DNA from: Verrucomicrobiota bacterium
GTDB lineage: Bacteria > Verrucomicrobiota > Verrucomicrobiia > Chthoniobacterales > UBA6821
Length of the DNA stretch: 32,000 nucleotides
Direction of reading: 5' to 3'
NCBI GenBank assembly: GCA_008932965.1
Contig: WBXG01000007.1
Location: 5,902-37,901 of the forward strand
A program made the translations under genes and the position numbers. The notes below the pieces were generated by a model. That model was not told the origin of the DNA. It worked only from the letters and a program-made list of their open reading frames with translations, and made no database searches. Each line of letters opens with the position of its first letter. Positions within the stretch are counted from its first letter, which is position 1. Below are positions 8,277 to 18,616 of the stretch, piece by piece.

Positions 8277-9737
8277 ATGTTCTCTACTTTCGGATTTTAT
8301 CTGACGATATTTTTATTGCTTGTTGTTTCCATTGTGCTCGCAATTATTTTGAGGGTTCAGAGGCGGCGTGTTTCTCAGTTAAAAAAATCACGTCTCGAGA
8401 TTCAGGAAGAAGAGGATCGGGTTTTTGATTTCTTGCATGGTTTAGGAGAAGCTTTTTCTGGAGGAGTTCATCCTCCTGAACTTCACCGTCTTATTGTAGA
8501 GGGCGCGATTCGTATTTTAGCTGCCGAGGGAGGTGCGCTTTACCTTGTTGACCCAGAAGAAAAGATGCTAGTTCCTGCATTTTTTACCGATGGAACACCC
8601 CCGCTCGTGGTCATTCCTGATTTTGTGATACAAGCAACTCCCTCATTGCTTTCACTCTATGGTGTTAAACAAAAATTACTTTTTTCTCTTAAGAATTTTT
8701 TAAAATTACACAATGTCTCACGTCATGAAGGATTACTTGGGGAGGCTTGGGATTGGAATAAGCCTCATTTTTTTAATCATGAAACATTGCCTTCGTCCTT
8801 AATTGCACAAGGGCTTGATACAGTTTTTTTAGGACCATTGATTTATGGTGGAAGAACACTGGGTGTGTTAGCTGTGACCAATGGTGCGAATACCTCTTTT
8901 TCTCAAGGAGGGCTGGAACTTTTTTCTGCAATTGCTGAACAATCTGCTTTTGCACTTTATACTCAAGTTGTTTACAAGGAAGCAGAAGAAAAACGCTTGT
9001 TAGATCATGATTTAGAAATTGCACGTGAAATTCAAAAAATTCTTTTGCCATCAGATCCCCCTTTAGTTCCTGGTTACCAGATTAGCGGTATTAATATTCC
9101 CGCACGATCATTAAGTGGTGACTATTTTGATTACCTCTTAGTTGATCAAGAGCACATCGGTATCGCCATTGCTGATGTTTCTGGCAAGGGAATTCCAGCT
9201 TCACTTATCATGACTCTTTGTCGTAGTTCGCTTCGAGGGCATGCCTTTGATGAAGTTTCTCCCTCCAGTGTCTTGCATCGTGTTAATCGACAGCTCTATT
9301 CTGATATGAGAGAGGATATGTTCATCAGTATGGCGTACGTCACTATTAATCTAAAGACACATCAAGCTCTCCTAGCCAGAGCAGGACATGATGCCCCACT
9401 TTTTTATCGTGCTCGTGATTGTTCTGTTGAACGTCTTAATCCAAAAGGAATGGCTGTTGGGATTGACAGTGGAAAAGTCTTCGATAGATTCTGTACTGAC
9501 TTTCCTTTTCACTTCGAGCAAGGAGATTGTCTTCTGCTTTACACAGATGGAGTTACTGAAGCAACAGATCATCATGGTGTTGAATTTGGAATCAAACGTC
9601 TCATGCAACACCTTGAGAAAAATGCTTTAGATAGTTCCGAAAATCTTCTAAAAAGACTTGCTGATGACATCCGGGTCTTTATCGATAACCAGGTTCAGCA
9701 TGATGACATCACTCTTATTACCATTCGCAAACTGTGA
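8277..9737 (+). CDS. membrane-anchored GAF-like sensor / PP2C (SpoIIE/RsbU-type) serine phosphatase
   Basis: N-terminal TM helix (FGFYLTIFLLLVVSIVLAIIL). PP2C blocks present: LEIAREIQKILLP, SGDYFDY, IADVSGKGIPASL, LLLYTDGVTEA, QHDDITLITIRK. Confidence 0.85.
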   Translation: MFSTFGFYLTIFLLLVVSIVLAIILRVQRRRVSQLKKSRLEIQEEEDRVFDFLHGLGEAFSGGVHPPELHRLIVEGAIRILAAEGGALYLVDPEEKMLVPAFFTDGTPPLVVIPDFVIQATPSLLSLYGVKQKLLFSLKNFLKLHNVSRHEGLLGEAWDWNKPHFFNHETLPSSLIAQGLDTVFLGPLIYGGRTLGVLAVTNGANTSFSQGGLELFSAIAEQSAFALYTQVVYKEAEEKRLLDHDLEIAREIQKILLPSDPPLVPGYQISGINIPARSLSGDYFDYLLVDQEHIGIAIADVSGKGIPASLIMTLCRSSLRGHAFDEVSPSSVLHRVNRQLYSDMREDMFISMAYVTINLKTHQALLARAGHDAPLFYRARDCSVERLNPKGMAVGIDSGKVFDRFCTDFPFHFEQGDCLLLYTDGVTEATDHHGVEFGIKRLMQHLEKNALDSSENLLKRLADDIRVFIDNQVQHDDITLITIRKL

Positions 9738-10318
9738 AAAAAACATCCCAACATCACCATTCAGAATCATCTCCTGCATCTACTGTTTCAGAAGTAGAAA
9801 ATAATAAGGCAGAAGCGATTCCCGTAAAGCCTCAGCCCAAGGAGGAGGAAGAAATTTCTAACTTAAAAAATCAGGTGGATCAGTATCGTGATCAAGCATT
9901 GCGCGTGGCTGCTGATTTAGAAAATTACCGCAAACGGATGATCCGTGAAAAAGAGGATACTATTCGCTATGCAAACAGTTCGCTTTTAGAAAAGCTACTT
10001 CCAATCATGGATAATTTTGAGCTTGGTCTTCAAGCAGCACGTCTTGCTTCCGAAAATAATCCTGATTCGCGCGCTGGAGAAATCATCAATGGTTTTTCGA
10101 TGGTTCAGCATCAACTGTATGATTTCCTCAAAGATCATGGTATGGAATCCATTGATGCCGTTGGAAAGATGTTTGACCCTAAACTCCATGAAGCCCTCAG
10201 TTATCAAGTCGATCCCTCATTGCCTGAGGGCCACATTATCAGTCAGCTTCGCCGAGGTTATCTTCTGGCAGGTCGATTGCTGCGTCCTGCCAGCGTCGTT
10301 GTTAGTAAAGAAGGTTAG
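9734..10318 (+). CDS. grpE: nucleotide exchange factor GrpE
   Basis: LENYRKRMIREKED, GKMFDPKLHEAL and GYLLAGRLLRPASVVVS. The GTG start overlaps the phosphatase stop codon (GTGA at 9734-9737). Confidence 0.9.
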   Translation: MKKTSQHHHSESSPASTVSEVENNKAEAIPVKPQPKEEEEISNLKNQVDQYRDQALRVAADLENYRKRMIREKEDTIRYANSSLLEKLLPIMDNFELGLQAARLASENNPDSRAGEIINGFSMVQHQLYDFLKDHGMESIDAVGKMFDPKLHEALSYQVDPSLPEGHIISQLRRGYLLAGRLLRPASVVVSKEG

Positions 10319-10349
10319 TATCTACTTGAAACCCTAGCAGAACTGCATG

Positions 10350-10402
10350 TTAACCCGAATATTTCATACTGATCGTGACGAGGAGGTCGCGAAGCCAGAT
10401 GT
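10350..10402 (+). repeat. fold-back element family: left-arm fragment
   Basis: TTAA-CCCGAATATTTCATACTGATCGTGACGAGGAGGTCGCGAAGCC is near-identical to the start of copy 18683..18866. No convincing right end. Confidence 0.8.
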
Positions 10403-10543
10403 GTGATACTGTAGACTCTTATTTTGAGTTGGGCCGTCTTATCAAGGCCTTCTATACATTCATCTGAGAGAGGTTCGGTTATTTTGTTATCTATTTTTTC
10501 TTTTAAATGTCTTTTTTCAATACTCCATTCCTAAACATGTTCC

Positions 10544-11710
10544 ATGACTAAACGAGATTATTATGAAATATTGGGGGTCTCTCGTACTGCCCAGCAAGAA
10601 GAAATTAAGCGCGCCTATCGTAAGCTAGCTGTCAAATATCATCCTGACAAAAATCCTGGAGATGCATCTTCTGAAGCCTCTTTTAAAGAGCTTGCTGAGG
10701 CCTATGATATTATTAGCGATGCCGATAAAAGAGCTGCTTATGATCGCTATGGCCATGCTGCTTTTCAAGGTGCCGGAGGTCGTGGTGCAGCTGGAGGTTT
10801 TCATGATCCTTTTGATCTCTTTCGTGAGATGTTTGCAGGTCAAGGAGGTAAGGCAGGAATGGGAGGAATGGGAGGAGGAATTTTTGAGCAATTTTTTCAG
10901 GGTGGGGCAGAGGCTTCCTCGCGTGATGGAAAACAACGAGGGGCAGATCTGCGTTATGATCTTCAAATTACCCTAGAAGAGGCGTTCTCTGGCTGTGAGA
11001 AAGAAATAGAAATCCAGAAACTTGATGCTTGTCAGACCTGTGATGGCTCTGGAGCTGCTCCAGGGGCTAAAACGGCATCATGCTCTCTATGCCAAGGGAG
11101 AGGTCAGGTAGCAATGTCTCGTGGATTTTTTCAGGTAGTTCAAACGTGTCCTCAATGTCATGGAGCTGGTCAAGTTATCGATAAGCCATGCCAAAACTGT
11201 CGAGGAGAGGGGTGTGAAGAGAGGGTCTCACGTATTACTCTTAAAATTCCTGCAGGCATCGATGAAGGGGCACGACTTCGCTCTTCGGGATCTGGTGAAG
11301 CTGGGATAAGAGGTGGTGGGAAAGGGGATCTTTATGTCATTATTCATCTCAAAAAACATTCTGTTTTTGAACGAGAGGGGATGAATCTTCATTGTCAGAT
11401 CCCTATTCCATTTTCGATAGCTGCCTTGGGGGGGGAAGTCAAGGTTCCAACGCTGTGTGGGCTTGTAGATTTAAAAATTGTTTCAGGAACACAGAGTGGT
11501 TCTACCTTTTCTATTCGTGGTTCAGGAATGCCTTCACTGCAAAGCCCACGAAAAGGAGATCTCTACGTACGGGTTGAAGTCGAAGTTCCAACAAAGCTCA
11601 ATGCAGAACAGCGTCAGGCTCTAGAAAAATTTTCTCAACTTTGTGGGGAGGAAAATACCCCCTTACATCGCAGTTTTACAGAACGGCTTAAAGACTTTTT
11701 AAGTAATTAA
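10544..11710 (+). CDS. dnaJ: molecular chaperone DnaJ
   Basis: J-domain with HPD (KYHPDKNP), a Gly/Phe-rich linker, and four CxxCxGxG repeats ([32 protein letters not shown]). Confidence 0.95.
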   Translation: MTKRDYYEILGVSRTAQQEEIKRAYRKLAVKYHPDKNPGDASSEASFKELAEAYDIISDADKRAAYDRYGHAAFQGAGGRGAAGGFHDPFDLFREMFAGQGGKAGMGGMGGGIFEQFFQGGAEASSRDGKQRGADLRYDLQITLEEAFSGCEKEIEIQKLDACQTCDGSGAAPGAKTASCSLCQGRGQVAMSRGFFQVVQTCPQCHGAGQVIDKPCQNCRGEGCEERVSRITLKIPAGIDEGARLRSSGSGEAGIRGGGKGDLYVIIHLKKHSVFEREGMNLHCQIPIPFSIAALGGEVKVPTLCGLVDLKIVSGTQSGSTFSIRGSGMPSLQSPRKGDLYVRVEVEVPTKLNAEQRQALEKFSQLCGEENTPLHRSFTERLKDFLSN

Positions 11711-11712
11711 TT

Positions 11713-11755
11713 TTAGCTCGGATATTTCATCCTGATCTATTATGAAGCCTTCTCG
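11713..11755 (-). repeat. fold-back element family: arm fragment
   Basis: TTAG-CTCGGATATTTCATCCTGATCTATTATGAAGCC resembles the start of copy 22217..22401 (CCCGAATATTTCATCCTGATCTACTACGGAAGAC). Confidence 0.65.
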
Positions 11756-11835
11756 TTTCCTCAATGCCAGGAGTTATTAGTTGTGAGTTGCTCACAAATT
11801 CTTTAGCATTACCAAAACTATCTTCATCTAAAATT

Positions 11836-12435
11836 ATGTCCTACACATTACCACTGCTTCCTTATTCTTCTAGTGCCCTTGAGCCATCCATTGATAGCAG
11901 GACGATGGAGGTCCATCATGATAAGCATCACGCTACCTATGTGACGAATCTTAATAATGCGCTCAAGGATTATCCTGAGCTAGCTGCTAAGCCAGTTGAC
12001 GAACTCATTGCAGATCTTACGCTGGTGCCTGAGGTGATTCGGACCGCCGTTCGCAATAACGGAGGAGGACATTCCAATCACAGTTTTTATTGGGTGCTCA
12101 TGACACCAGGTGGATCCAAAGCTCCCGTTGGCAAGCTCAACGAAGAACTTCTCAAAACCTTTGGTAGTTTTGAGGAGTTTAAATTAAAATTTGAAGCTGC
12201 TGGCCTTGCTCGCTTTGGAAGTGGCTGGGTTTGGCTTGTCAAAAATAAAAGTGGAGTTCTTGAAATTCTCTCCACACCTAACCAAGATTCGCCGATCATG
12301 GAGGGACTTACTCCTATCCTGGGTAATGATGTTTGGGAGCATGCCTACTATCTCAATTATCAAAATCGCCGTGCAGACTATTTGAAAGCATGGTGGAATC
12401 TTGTCAATTGGGATATCGCTGAACAAAAAATGTAG
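11836..12435 (+). CDS. sodA: Fe/Mn superoxide dismutase
   Basis: [10 protein letters not shown] and [16 protein letters not shown] chose the internal ATG at 11836 ([10 protein letters not shown]), which gives the usual ~200 aa. The ORF-track start at 11764 adds 24 unlikely residues. Metal specificity not determinable. Confidence 0.9.
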   Translation: MSYTLPLLPYSSSALEPSIDSRTMEVHHDKHHATYVTNLNNALKDYPELAAKPVDELIADLTLVPEVIRTAVRNNGGGHSNHSFYWVLMTPGGSKAPVGKLNEELLKTFGSFEEFKLKFEAAGLARFGSGWVWLVKNKSGVLEILSTPNQDSPIMEGLTPILGNDVWEHAYYLNYQNRRADYLKAWWNLVNWDIAEQKM

Positions 12436-12582
12436 TTTTTTGCAAGCAATGAAGAGCTGTTGCTCTCGTTGTTCATAGGAATGGATGCCGTTAGCATCTT
12501 CCTTCTTTGGTGCACAGCACCCGTTATCTTAATCTTTTTTTTCACAAGTTTTCCAACAGAGGATTTTTAATTTTTATCTACG

Positions 12583-13815
12583 GTGTTTTCTCTTAATTCC
12601 AATTACCTTAAACTTAAAGCCGGTTATCTTTTTCCCGAAATAGCACGACGCGTTAAGGAGTTCCTTGAGGCTCATCCTGAGGCTGCGACTGATTTGATTC
12701 GTTGTGGTATTGGAGATGTTACAGAGCCTCTTCCTCGTGCTGTATGTGATGCGATGCATTCAGCTGTCGATGAAATGGGAATACGAGAAACGTTTCGTGG
12801 ATATGGACCGGAGCAAGGATACGATTTCTTGAGGAAGCTTATTGCAAAGCATGATTATCAATTTCGAGGGGTAACAGTAGCTGAGGACGAAATTTTTATC
12901 TCTGATGGCTCCAAATGTGATGGAGCGAACATCCTGGATATTTTAGGCAAGAATAATCGTATTGCTGTGATGGATCCTGTTTATCCCGTCTATGTCGATA
13001 CAAACGTCATGGCGGGACGTACTGGTAATATGCAGGATGATGGCTCTTACGAAGGGATCACTTACCTTGAATGTAATCATGAAAATGGTTTTGTTCCTTC
13101 ATTACCTCAAGAAAAAGTTGATATCATTTATCTCTGCTATCCAAATAATCCGACTGGTGCGGTCGCCTCTCGTGAAGCACTTACTCGTTGGGTGGAGTAT
13201 GCACGGAGTCACCATTCGTTAATTCTTTTTGATGCAGCTTATGAGGCATTTATTCAGGACCCCGATATACCTCACTCCATTTATGAAATTCCTGGAGCCA
13301 GGGAATGTGCTCTTGAGTTGCGAAGCTTTTCCAAAAAAGGAGGGTTTACGGGTGTGCGTTGTGCTTTTACTGTTGTCCCTAAGGAGCTCCTGGCTAGGAC
13401 TGCCCAAGGAGGACAAGCCTCTTTACATCCATTGTGGAATCGTCGCATGACAACCGCTTTTAATGGGGTTAGTTATATTACACAACGTGGAGCAGCGGCA
13501 CTTTATTCAGAAGAGGGTCAGGCTCAGGTGCAGTCTCTTATTACTCATTATATGGGAAATGCTGCTCTCTTACGTGAGGCAGTAATAGCAGCAGGGCTTA
13601 CTGTTTATGGAGGAACAAATGCTCCTTATCTTTGGGTTCAATCTCCTCTAGGAGAAAAAAGTTGGGAAACTTTTGATCGAATGCTTCATGACCATCATAT
13701 TGTGGTCACTCCTGGAAGCGGCTTTGGAAGCGCCGGTGAAGGCTATTTCCGTATTTCCGCATTCAATAGTCGGGATAATGTGCTTGAGGTAGCAAAGCGA
13801 CTTTCTCTTCGTTAA
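12583..13815 (+). CDS. dapL: LL-diaminopimelate aminotransferase
   Basis: 410-aa class I aminotransferase. The N-terminus [20 protein letters not shown] and the PLP-lysine region [13 protein letters not shown] are typical of DapL. GTG start. The TAA stop lies in the TTAA flank of repeat fragment 13812..13869. Confidence 0.85.
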   Translation: MFSLNSNYLKLKAGYLFPEIARRVKEFLEAHPEAATDLIRCGIGDVTEPLPRAVCDAMHSAVDEMGIRETFRGYGPEQGYDFLRKLIAKHDYQFRGVTVAEDEIFISDGSKCDGANILDILGKNNRIAVMDPVYPVYVDTNVMAGRTGNMQDDGSYEGITYLECNHENGFVPSLPQEKVDIIYLCYPNNPTGAVASREALTRWVEYARSHHSLILFDAAYEAFIQDPDIPHSIYEIPGARECALELRSFSKKGGFTGVRCAFTVVPKELLARTAQGGQASLHPLWNRRMTTAFNGVSYITQRGAAALYSEEGQAQVQSLITHYMGNAALLREAVIAAGLTVYGGTNAPYLWVQSPLGEKSWETFDRMLHDHHIVVTPGSGFGSAGEGYFRISAFNSRDNVLEVAKRLSLR

Positions 13816-13869
13816 ACTGGATTTTCATACCAGTGACCTAAGGAGACCGGAAAGCCAGCGTGGATACTG
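13812..13869 (-). repeat. fold-back element family: degenerate arm fragment
   Basis: TTAA-ACTGGATTTTCATACCAGTGACCTAAGGAGACCGGAAAGCCAGCGTGGATACTG resembles the start of copy 29326..29585 (CCCGCATATTTCATACCGATCTACTGCGAAGACCGGGAAGCCAGGATGGATGCTG). Confidence 0.65.
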
Positions 13870-13893
13870 TTCAATAATCACAATTATTTCTAC

Positions 13894-14583
13894 ATGCTCA
13901 TTTCTGAGATTTTTTATTCATTACAAGGAGAAGGTATGCTCATTGGGATGCCCTCTGTTTTTGTGAGAACAGCAGGATGTAATCTTCGCTGCCGTTGGTG
14001 TGATACACCTTATGCTTCCTGGAAACCAGAAGGAGAGGAGCTCTCTTTACATGAAATTGTAGAACGTGTTTCAGAATATAAATGTCACCATGTGGTGTTG
14101 ACTGGAGGTGAGCCTATGATCGCCAAAGGATTACCAGATCTTGCAGCACAACTCCGAGCAAAAGGGCATCACATTACTATTGAAACAGCAGGAACTGTGT
14201 TGCCCCATGGAATTGCCTGTGATCTTGCTTCCCTCAGTCCGAAGTTGAAGAATTCCACTCCTGATGAACATAGTGCTGGTGCATGGAGTGGGCGTCACGA
14301 AGAGCGTCGCTATGCTCCAGATATGATAAAGGCTTGGCTCAAATCAATGGAGTGCCAATTGAAATTTGTGGTCTCCTCTCAAGAAGATTTGGAGGAGATA
14401 GAAAATATCCTTTCAGAGATTGGAGCAGTGGAAAGAGATCATCTTTTTTTGATGCCAGAGGGAATAGATCCAATAATGTTAAGAGAGCGTTCGAAGTGGC
14501 TTGCAGAAATATGTCGAGAGCGTCAGTACCGCTTTGCACCTCGTTTGCAGATCGAACTTTACGGTAATACGAGAGGGACATGA
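13894..14583 (+). CDS. queE: 7-carboxy-7-deazaguanine synthase (radical SAM)
   Basis: FYSLQGEG and the cluster motif CNLRCRWCDTPY. Length is typical of QueE. Confidence 0.85.
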   Translation: MLISEIFYSLQGEGMLIGMPSVFVRTAGCNLRCRWCDTPYASWKPEGEELSLHEIVERVSEYKCHHVVLTGGEPMIAKGLPDLAAQLRAKGHHITIETAGTVLPHGIACDLASLSPKLKNSTPDEHSAGAWSGRHEERRYAPDMIKAWLKSMECQLKFVVSSQEDLEEIENILSEIGAVERDHLFLMPEGIDPIMLRERSKWLAEICRERQYRFAPRLQIELYGNTRGT

Positions 14584-14740
14584 AAATCTGTAATGGATAT
14601 TTTCAGATCATAAGAAAATTTGCTTCTCCATTCCATTTTTAAAAAAGTCTACTTTCAATATAATCTTTCCTAGCAAATGCAGATTCAGAACTGTTTGCCC
14701 TTTACTCGTTACTCTTTACTGGTTTCATAAAGCCTGTTTT

Positions 14741-15763
14741 ATGAAATCACCTCATATCCTCATTGTTCGTCGAGATAATATTGGGGATCTTTTGTGTACG
14801 ACTCCCTTGATTCATGGTCTTCGTAAAAAGTATCCAAAAGCCTTTATTGCTGTGCTTGCTAGTAGTTATAATGCTGAAGTTTTGCGTGGCAATCCTGATG
14901 TGGATCAAGTTTTTGTTTTTCCAAAACGTTATGAAAAAAAGAGTGCTACTTATTTTTTTGCGAAACTTTGGAAACGGTGGATGCTGATCCGAGAGATAAG
15001 AAGATGTCGCTTTGATCATCTTATTTTAGCCAATGGTGGCTGGCGTTATGCACGACATCTTGGTGGCAAAGAGATGATCGGTTTTCGAGAACGTCATCAA
15101 TCAGATCATTGTCAACCTGAGGTAATCGTTCCCCTAGAGCATGAAGGGAGAGAGGATCATGAGGTTGTAAAAATGGCCCGCCTTGGTTCCGTTTTAGGAG
15201 TGACAGAGGCCATGGGGCCCTTACATCTTTTTCCAGATCCAGGGGAGGTGATACGTCAACGAGAGCATCTTGTTGCTCTAGGATGGGATCCTGCATTGCC
15301 CACAATAGGACTGCATATTAGCTCAAGGCAGCCCCATCAACGATGGCCACAAGAATCCTTTGTAGCCCTTGCTCAAGAACTCATGAAAAAAAAGAAAGTT
15401 CAAATTCTTCTGTTTTGGTCTCCTGGTAAAAATAATAATCGTATGCACCCCGGAGATGATGAAAAAGCAACCTGGATTCTCGAACAACTCGATCATCATG
15501 GGATTTTAGCCTGTCCCACAGGAACACTTCGAGAGCTGATCGCTGGGATTTCTCTGGTAGATCATATCATTTGTAGCGATGGAGGTGCTATGCATATTGC
15601 TGCAGCATTACAGAAACCGACTCTCTGCTTTTTTGGAGCAAGTAACATAGACGAATGGCACCCGTGGCATGTTCCTTATCATATTTTGAAAACTACATCC
15701 CAGCGGGTGGCTGATATTCAAGTTGAAGAGGTGATAAAACAGGTTGATTTACTAACGAGATAA
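14741..15763 (+). CDS. glycosyltransferase family 9 (LPS heptosyltransferase-like)
   Basis: N-terminal ILIVRRDNIGDLLCTTPLIHGLRKKYPKAFIAVLA and C-terminal ICSDGGAMHIAAAL are GT9 hallmarks. Confidence 0.8.
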   Translation: MKSPHILIVRRDNIGDLLCTTPLIHGLRKKYPKAFIAVLASSYNAEVLRGNPDVDQVFVFPKRYEKKSATYFFAKLWKRWMLIREIRRCRFDHLILANGGWRYARHLGGKEMIGFRERHQSDHCQPEVIVPLEHEGREDHEVVKMARLGSVLGVTEAMGPLHLFPDPGEVIRQREHLVALGWDPALPTIGLHISSRQPHQRWPQESFVALAQELMKKKKVQILLFWSPGKNNNRMHPGDDEKATWILEQLDHHGILACPTGTLRELIAGISLVDHIICSDGGAMHIAAALQKPTLCFFGASNIDEWHPWHVPYHILKTTSQRVADIQVEEVIKQVDLLTR

Positions 15764-15812
15764 ATTTCATTTCGAGTTCCATTTTTTTTTAAAGCGACTA
15801 GATTTCTCATTT

Positions 15813-16739
15813 ATGAAGCGTTTTCTGAAACTAAAATTCATGCTTTTCTTGCTTCTTGTTATTGGAAGTCGAGCTATCGCTATAAATTCTATTATTGTAG
15901 ATAACGAGACTGGTTGTGTTTTAGAAGAACATGGTTTGAATAGTCGGGTTCCTATTTCTAGTCTCACCAAGGTAGCTCTTGCAATGGTGTTACTGGATTG
16001 GTCAACACTCTGTAAAAAGAGTCTTGATCAAGTTGTTGAAGTTCCTCCTGCAGCAGCTGCTCAAGGGCCTAGTAATCCCCTTGGATTAGCATCAGGGGAC
16101 CGATTGACCTTGCGGGATCTTCTTTATTTGTCCCTTTTGGTCTCTGATAGTCAAGCAGCACAAACCATCGCCTATAGGGTTGGCTCTCAATTGCCCAATA
16201 CTAAGGAGCTTGGTCCTGTAGATAATTTTGTTTCCCATATGAATGCACTTGCTATGGAGTTGAAAATGAAAAGCACTCTTTTTCTTAATCCTAGTGGTCT
16301 TGATATGCCCACCTCTCAAACTCAGCCCTATTCCACAGTTGCTGACCTAGCCAGGCTCATTCGTTACGCTTATACAAAGCCAGGGCTAGAGTTTTATGTC
16401 TCACAAAAATCTCGTGAAATTCATGTAGAGCGTTCCGGCAAATCATGTTCAGTGACCATTAACAATACCAATAAGCTGTTAGGAAAAGAGTGCATTGATG
16501 GTGTCAAAACCGGCAGTTCGCCGCTTGCTGGCGAATGTCTTATATTAACAAGTGAGCATCGGCCAGAAGTGAAAAAAGTAGGGAATACAGTCTACACTGC
16601 TCCTCGCAGAATTATTGTTGTTTTATTGAATGCCCCCAATCGTTTTGAAGAGGGACTTGCTCTTATCCAACAAGGATGGTCCCTCTATAATACTTGGGCT
16701 GCCGAGGGAAGATTAACCCATGGCCATGAAGTTTTATAA
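15813..16739 (+). CDS. D-alanyl-D-alanine carboxypeptidase (peptidase S11, low-MW PBP)
   Basis: Signal peptide, SxxK (SLTK) and KTG (VKTGSS) motifs. Confidence 0.8.
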   Translation: MKRFLKLKFMLFLLLVIGSRAIAINSIIVDNETGCVLEEHGLNSRVPISSLTKVALAMVLLDWSTLCKKSLDQVVEVPPAAAAQGPSNPLGLASGDRLTLRDLLYLSLLVSDSQAAQTIAYRVGSQLPNTKELGPVDNFVSHMNALAMELKMKSTLFLNPSGLDMPTSQTQPYSTVADLARLIRYAYTKPGLEFYVSQKSREIHVERSGKSCSVTINNTNKLLGKECIDGVKTGSSPLAGECLILTSEHRPEVKKVGNTVYTAPRRIIVVLLNAPNRFEEGLALIQQGWSLYNTWAAEGRLTHGHEVL

Positions 16740-16747
16740 TAAGGCTC

Positions 16748-16788
16748 ATTGCGCTATCAAGGTGATCAGTAGGAAAGATCCGGTTTAA
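16748..16788. repeat. fold-back element family: solo right terminus
   Basis: GGTGATCAGTAGGAAAGATCCGGT-TTAA versus consensus GATCAGTATGAAATATCCGGG-TTAA. Confidence 0.55.
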
Positions 16789-16825
16789 CCCTATAGCATC
16801 GAGCCTCAAGCTAATTGATCTCTTC

Positions 16826-17914
16826 ATGATTCAACAACGTTTTGGTGTCTTAACAAGTGGGGGAGATTGTCCAGGCTTGAATGCTGTGTTGTATTCTATT
16901 GTTGGTGCTGCAGAAAAACTCGGTGCTGAGGTTCTCGGTTTTCATGATGGTTTTGAAGGATTGCTGCTCCCCGATTCCTTTACCAAGCTAACTGCTGCGA
17001 ACACATCTGGCATCCTGAAGACCGGAGGAACGATACTTGGAACAACCAGTCGTGGTCATTTTTGTGGCAAAGTAACGCATGGAAGAAAAACAGAAGTTCC
17101 AGCCCCATTTGTACAGCAAGCTTCACAGACCTGCCGTGACTTGGGACTCGATGCCCTTATTGCAATTGGAGGAGATGGTTCAATGACAATAGCATTGCAA
17201 CTCTATCAGGCTGGTTTTCCTATTATCGGTGTTCCCAAAACAATTGATAATGATCTTGAGGCGACATCAATGACCTTTGGTTTTGATTCTGCTGTTGCGT
17301 GTGCGACAGATGCCTTGGATCGGCTTCATACAACTGCAGCAAGTCACAAGCGTATTATCCTTCTTCAAGTCATGGGACGTCATGCAGGCTGGATAGCCCT
17401 TTGGAGCGGTCTAGCTGGTGGGGCTGATATTATCTTAATTCCAGAAATACCTTTTGAATTAGAAAAAATTGTAGACGAAATTCAGCGGCGCACCTCACAA
17501 GGAAACAAAAGTACAATGATTGTTGTAGCTGAGGGGGCCAAGCCCATGAATGGAAAAGAATCTTATAAAGTCAATACCCGTGGAGAATGGCAACTAGGTG
17601 GTATTGGTGAGATGCTTTGTCAAAAAATAGAAAAGAAGACAGGCCAAGAGACACGTCTCTGCGTTCTGGGGCATTTGCAACGTGGAGGAGCTCCCACAAC
17701 ACTGGATCGTATTTTAGGAATACGTTTTGGGGTGAAGGCAGTGGAATTAGCCCTTGAAAAAAAATTTGGCACCATGGTGAGTTATCAAGATGGTATTATT
17801 CGTGATGTCCCACTTGCTCATGCGGTGCATCGGTTAAAATGCGTTCCACCCGATGATCAAATCATTGAAGCAGCAAAGGGAATTGGGATTTTTTTTGGGT
17901 CCTCATCTCTATGA
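16826..17914 (+). CDS. pfkA: 6-phosphofructokinase
   Basis: SGGDCPGLNAV, IGGDGSM, PKTIDNDL and MGRHAGW. The GGDGS form suggests ATP rather than PPi dependence; that is inference. Confidence 0.9.
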   Translation: MIQQRFGVLTSGGDCPGLNAVLYSIVGAAEKLGAEVLGFHDGFEGLLLPDSFTKLTAANTSGILKTGGTILGTTSRGHFCGKVTHGRKTEVPAPFVQQASQTCRDLGLDALIAIGGDGSMTIALQLYQAGFPIIGVPKTIDNDLEATSMTFGFDSAVACATDALDRLHTTAASHKRIILLQVMGRHAGWIALWSGLAGGADIILIPEIPFELEKIVDEIQRRTSQGNKSTMIVVAEGAKPMNGKESYKVNTRGEWQLGGIGEMLCQKIEKKTGQETRLCVLGHLQRGGAPTTLDRILGIRFGVKAVELALEKKFGTMVSYQDGIIRDVPLAHAVHRLKCVPPDDQIIEAAKGIGIFFGSSSL

Positions 17915-18009
17915 AAAAGAGCAAGAAGCCTCTTCTATCTTTTTAGTGCGCGCATTATTGAGTTTTTATGCTCTTAAGAAATTCAGAAAGCTGTTAGTTT
18001 AGCAGAATA

Positions 18010-18074
18010 TTAACCCGGATATTTTATACTGATCGCGGCCTTCGCTGGTGATCAGAATGAAATATGCGGGTTAA
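18010..18074. mobile_element. minimal 65-bp fold-back element (two TIRs plus a short spacer)
   Basis: TTAACCCGGATATTTTATACTGATCGCGGCCTTCGCTGGTGATCAGAATGAAATATGCGGGTTAA, a near-perfect hairpin with TTAA at both ends. Confidence 0.9.
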
Positions 18075-18104
18075 CCACATTATCCTACAGAATTTTTCAC
18101 ACTT

Positions 18105-18602
18105 ATGATGATCCGTCGTAACACACTTCTTCTTTTGCTAGTTCTCTTTCTTTTTGGAAATTCCGGATGTTCCAATCTCACCCCCACAGAAAATGGATTG
18201 CTCGCTGCAGGAGCTGTAGGAGCCGCTACTGGAGTGGCTTTAGGGACCACGGTGAGCCCCTCTATTTCTATACCTGTAGCTATTGGCTCGGCTCTCCTTG
18301 CTGGAGGAGGTGCTTATCTTTATTCCAAAAATCGAGCAACCATTGACCAACGCCGGATTGCGGAAGCACGCGCTCGTCTTTACTACGCTAAGCTCAATGA
18401 GTCAGAACAAGAGAATACTAATCGATATTTAGCAGTGAATGCCCCGAACACTGCTCAAACACAAGGACAAGCTGTCATGCTTTATGATACTCAAACTAAG
18501 ACGATGCCTAACGATGTTTATGATATGAAAAAAACACCCTCTGTTGGAGCCTCTACATCGATTGGAAATAACAGAGCCACCTACATTGGCTCTGGGAACT
18601 AG
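18105..18602 (+). CDS. glycine-zipper lipoprotein (SlyB/Pcp-like)
   Basis: Lipobox LFGNSG-C, then Gly/Ala-rich zipper segments (AAGAVGAATGVALGTTV, AIGSALLAGGGAYLY). Confidence 0.6.
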   Translation: MMIRRNTLLLLLVLFLFGNSGCSNLTPTENGLLAAGAVGAATGVALGTTVSPSISIPVAIGSALLAGGGAYLYSKNRATIDQRRIAEARARLYYAKLNESEQENTNRYLAVNAPNTAQTQGQAVMLYDTQTKTMPNDVYDMKKTPSVGASTSIGNNRATYIGSGN

Positions 18603-18616
18603 AGAGACCTCAATGT

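Noticed and set aside
10412-10430. Imperfect inverted repeat TAGACTC-N7-GAGTT upstream of dnaJ as a CIRCE/HrcA operator.
   Set aside because: It does not match the CIRCE consensus (TTAGCACTC-N9-GAGTGCTAA) in half-site sequence or in spacing.
14592-14612. Possible further relic termini of the repeat family: GGATATTTTCAGATCATAAG at 14592-14612, CCGGCATTATTTCATTATAAATATCAG at 31629-31655, GGAATATCCTAG near 25365-25380, and GCCCGCCCACAATTGCAAACATAC at 21309-21333.
   Set aside because: The similarity covers only about 10-15 nt, needs indels, and lies in AT-rich spacers where chance matches are likely. A profile search is needed before calling them.
17917-17950. A possible Rho-independent terminator after pfk (AGAAG-CCT-CTTCT followed by a T-run), and similar weak stems after sod (12436-12500).
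   Set aside because: The stems are only 5 bp and AT-rich, and the T-tracts are interrupted. This is not convincing by eye.
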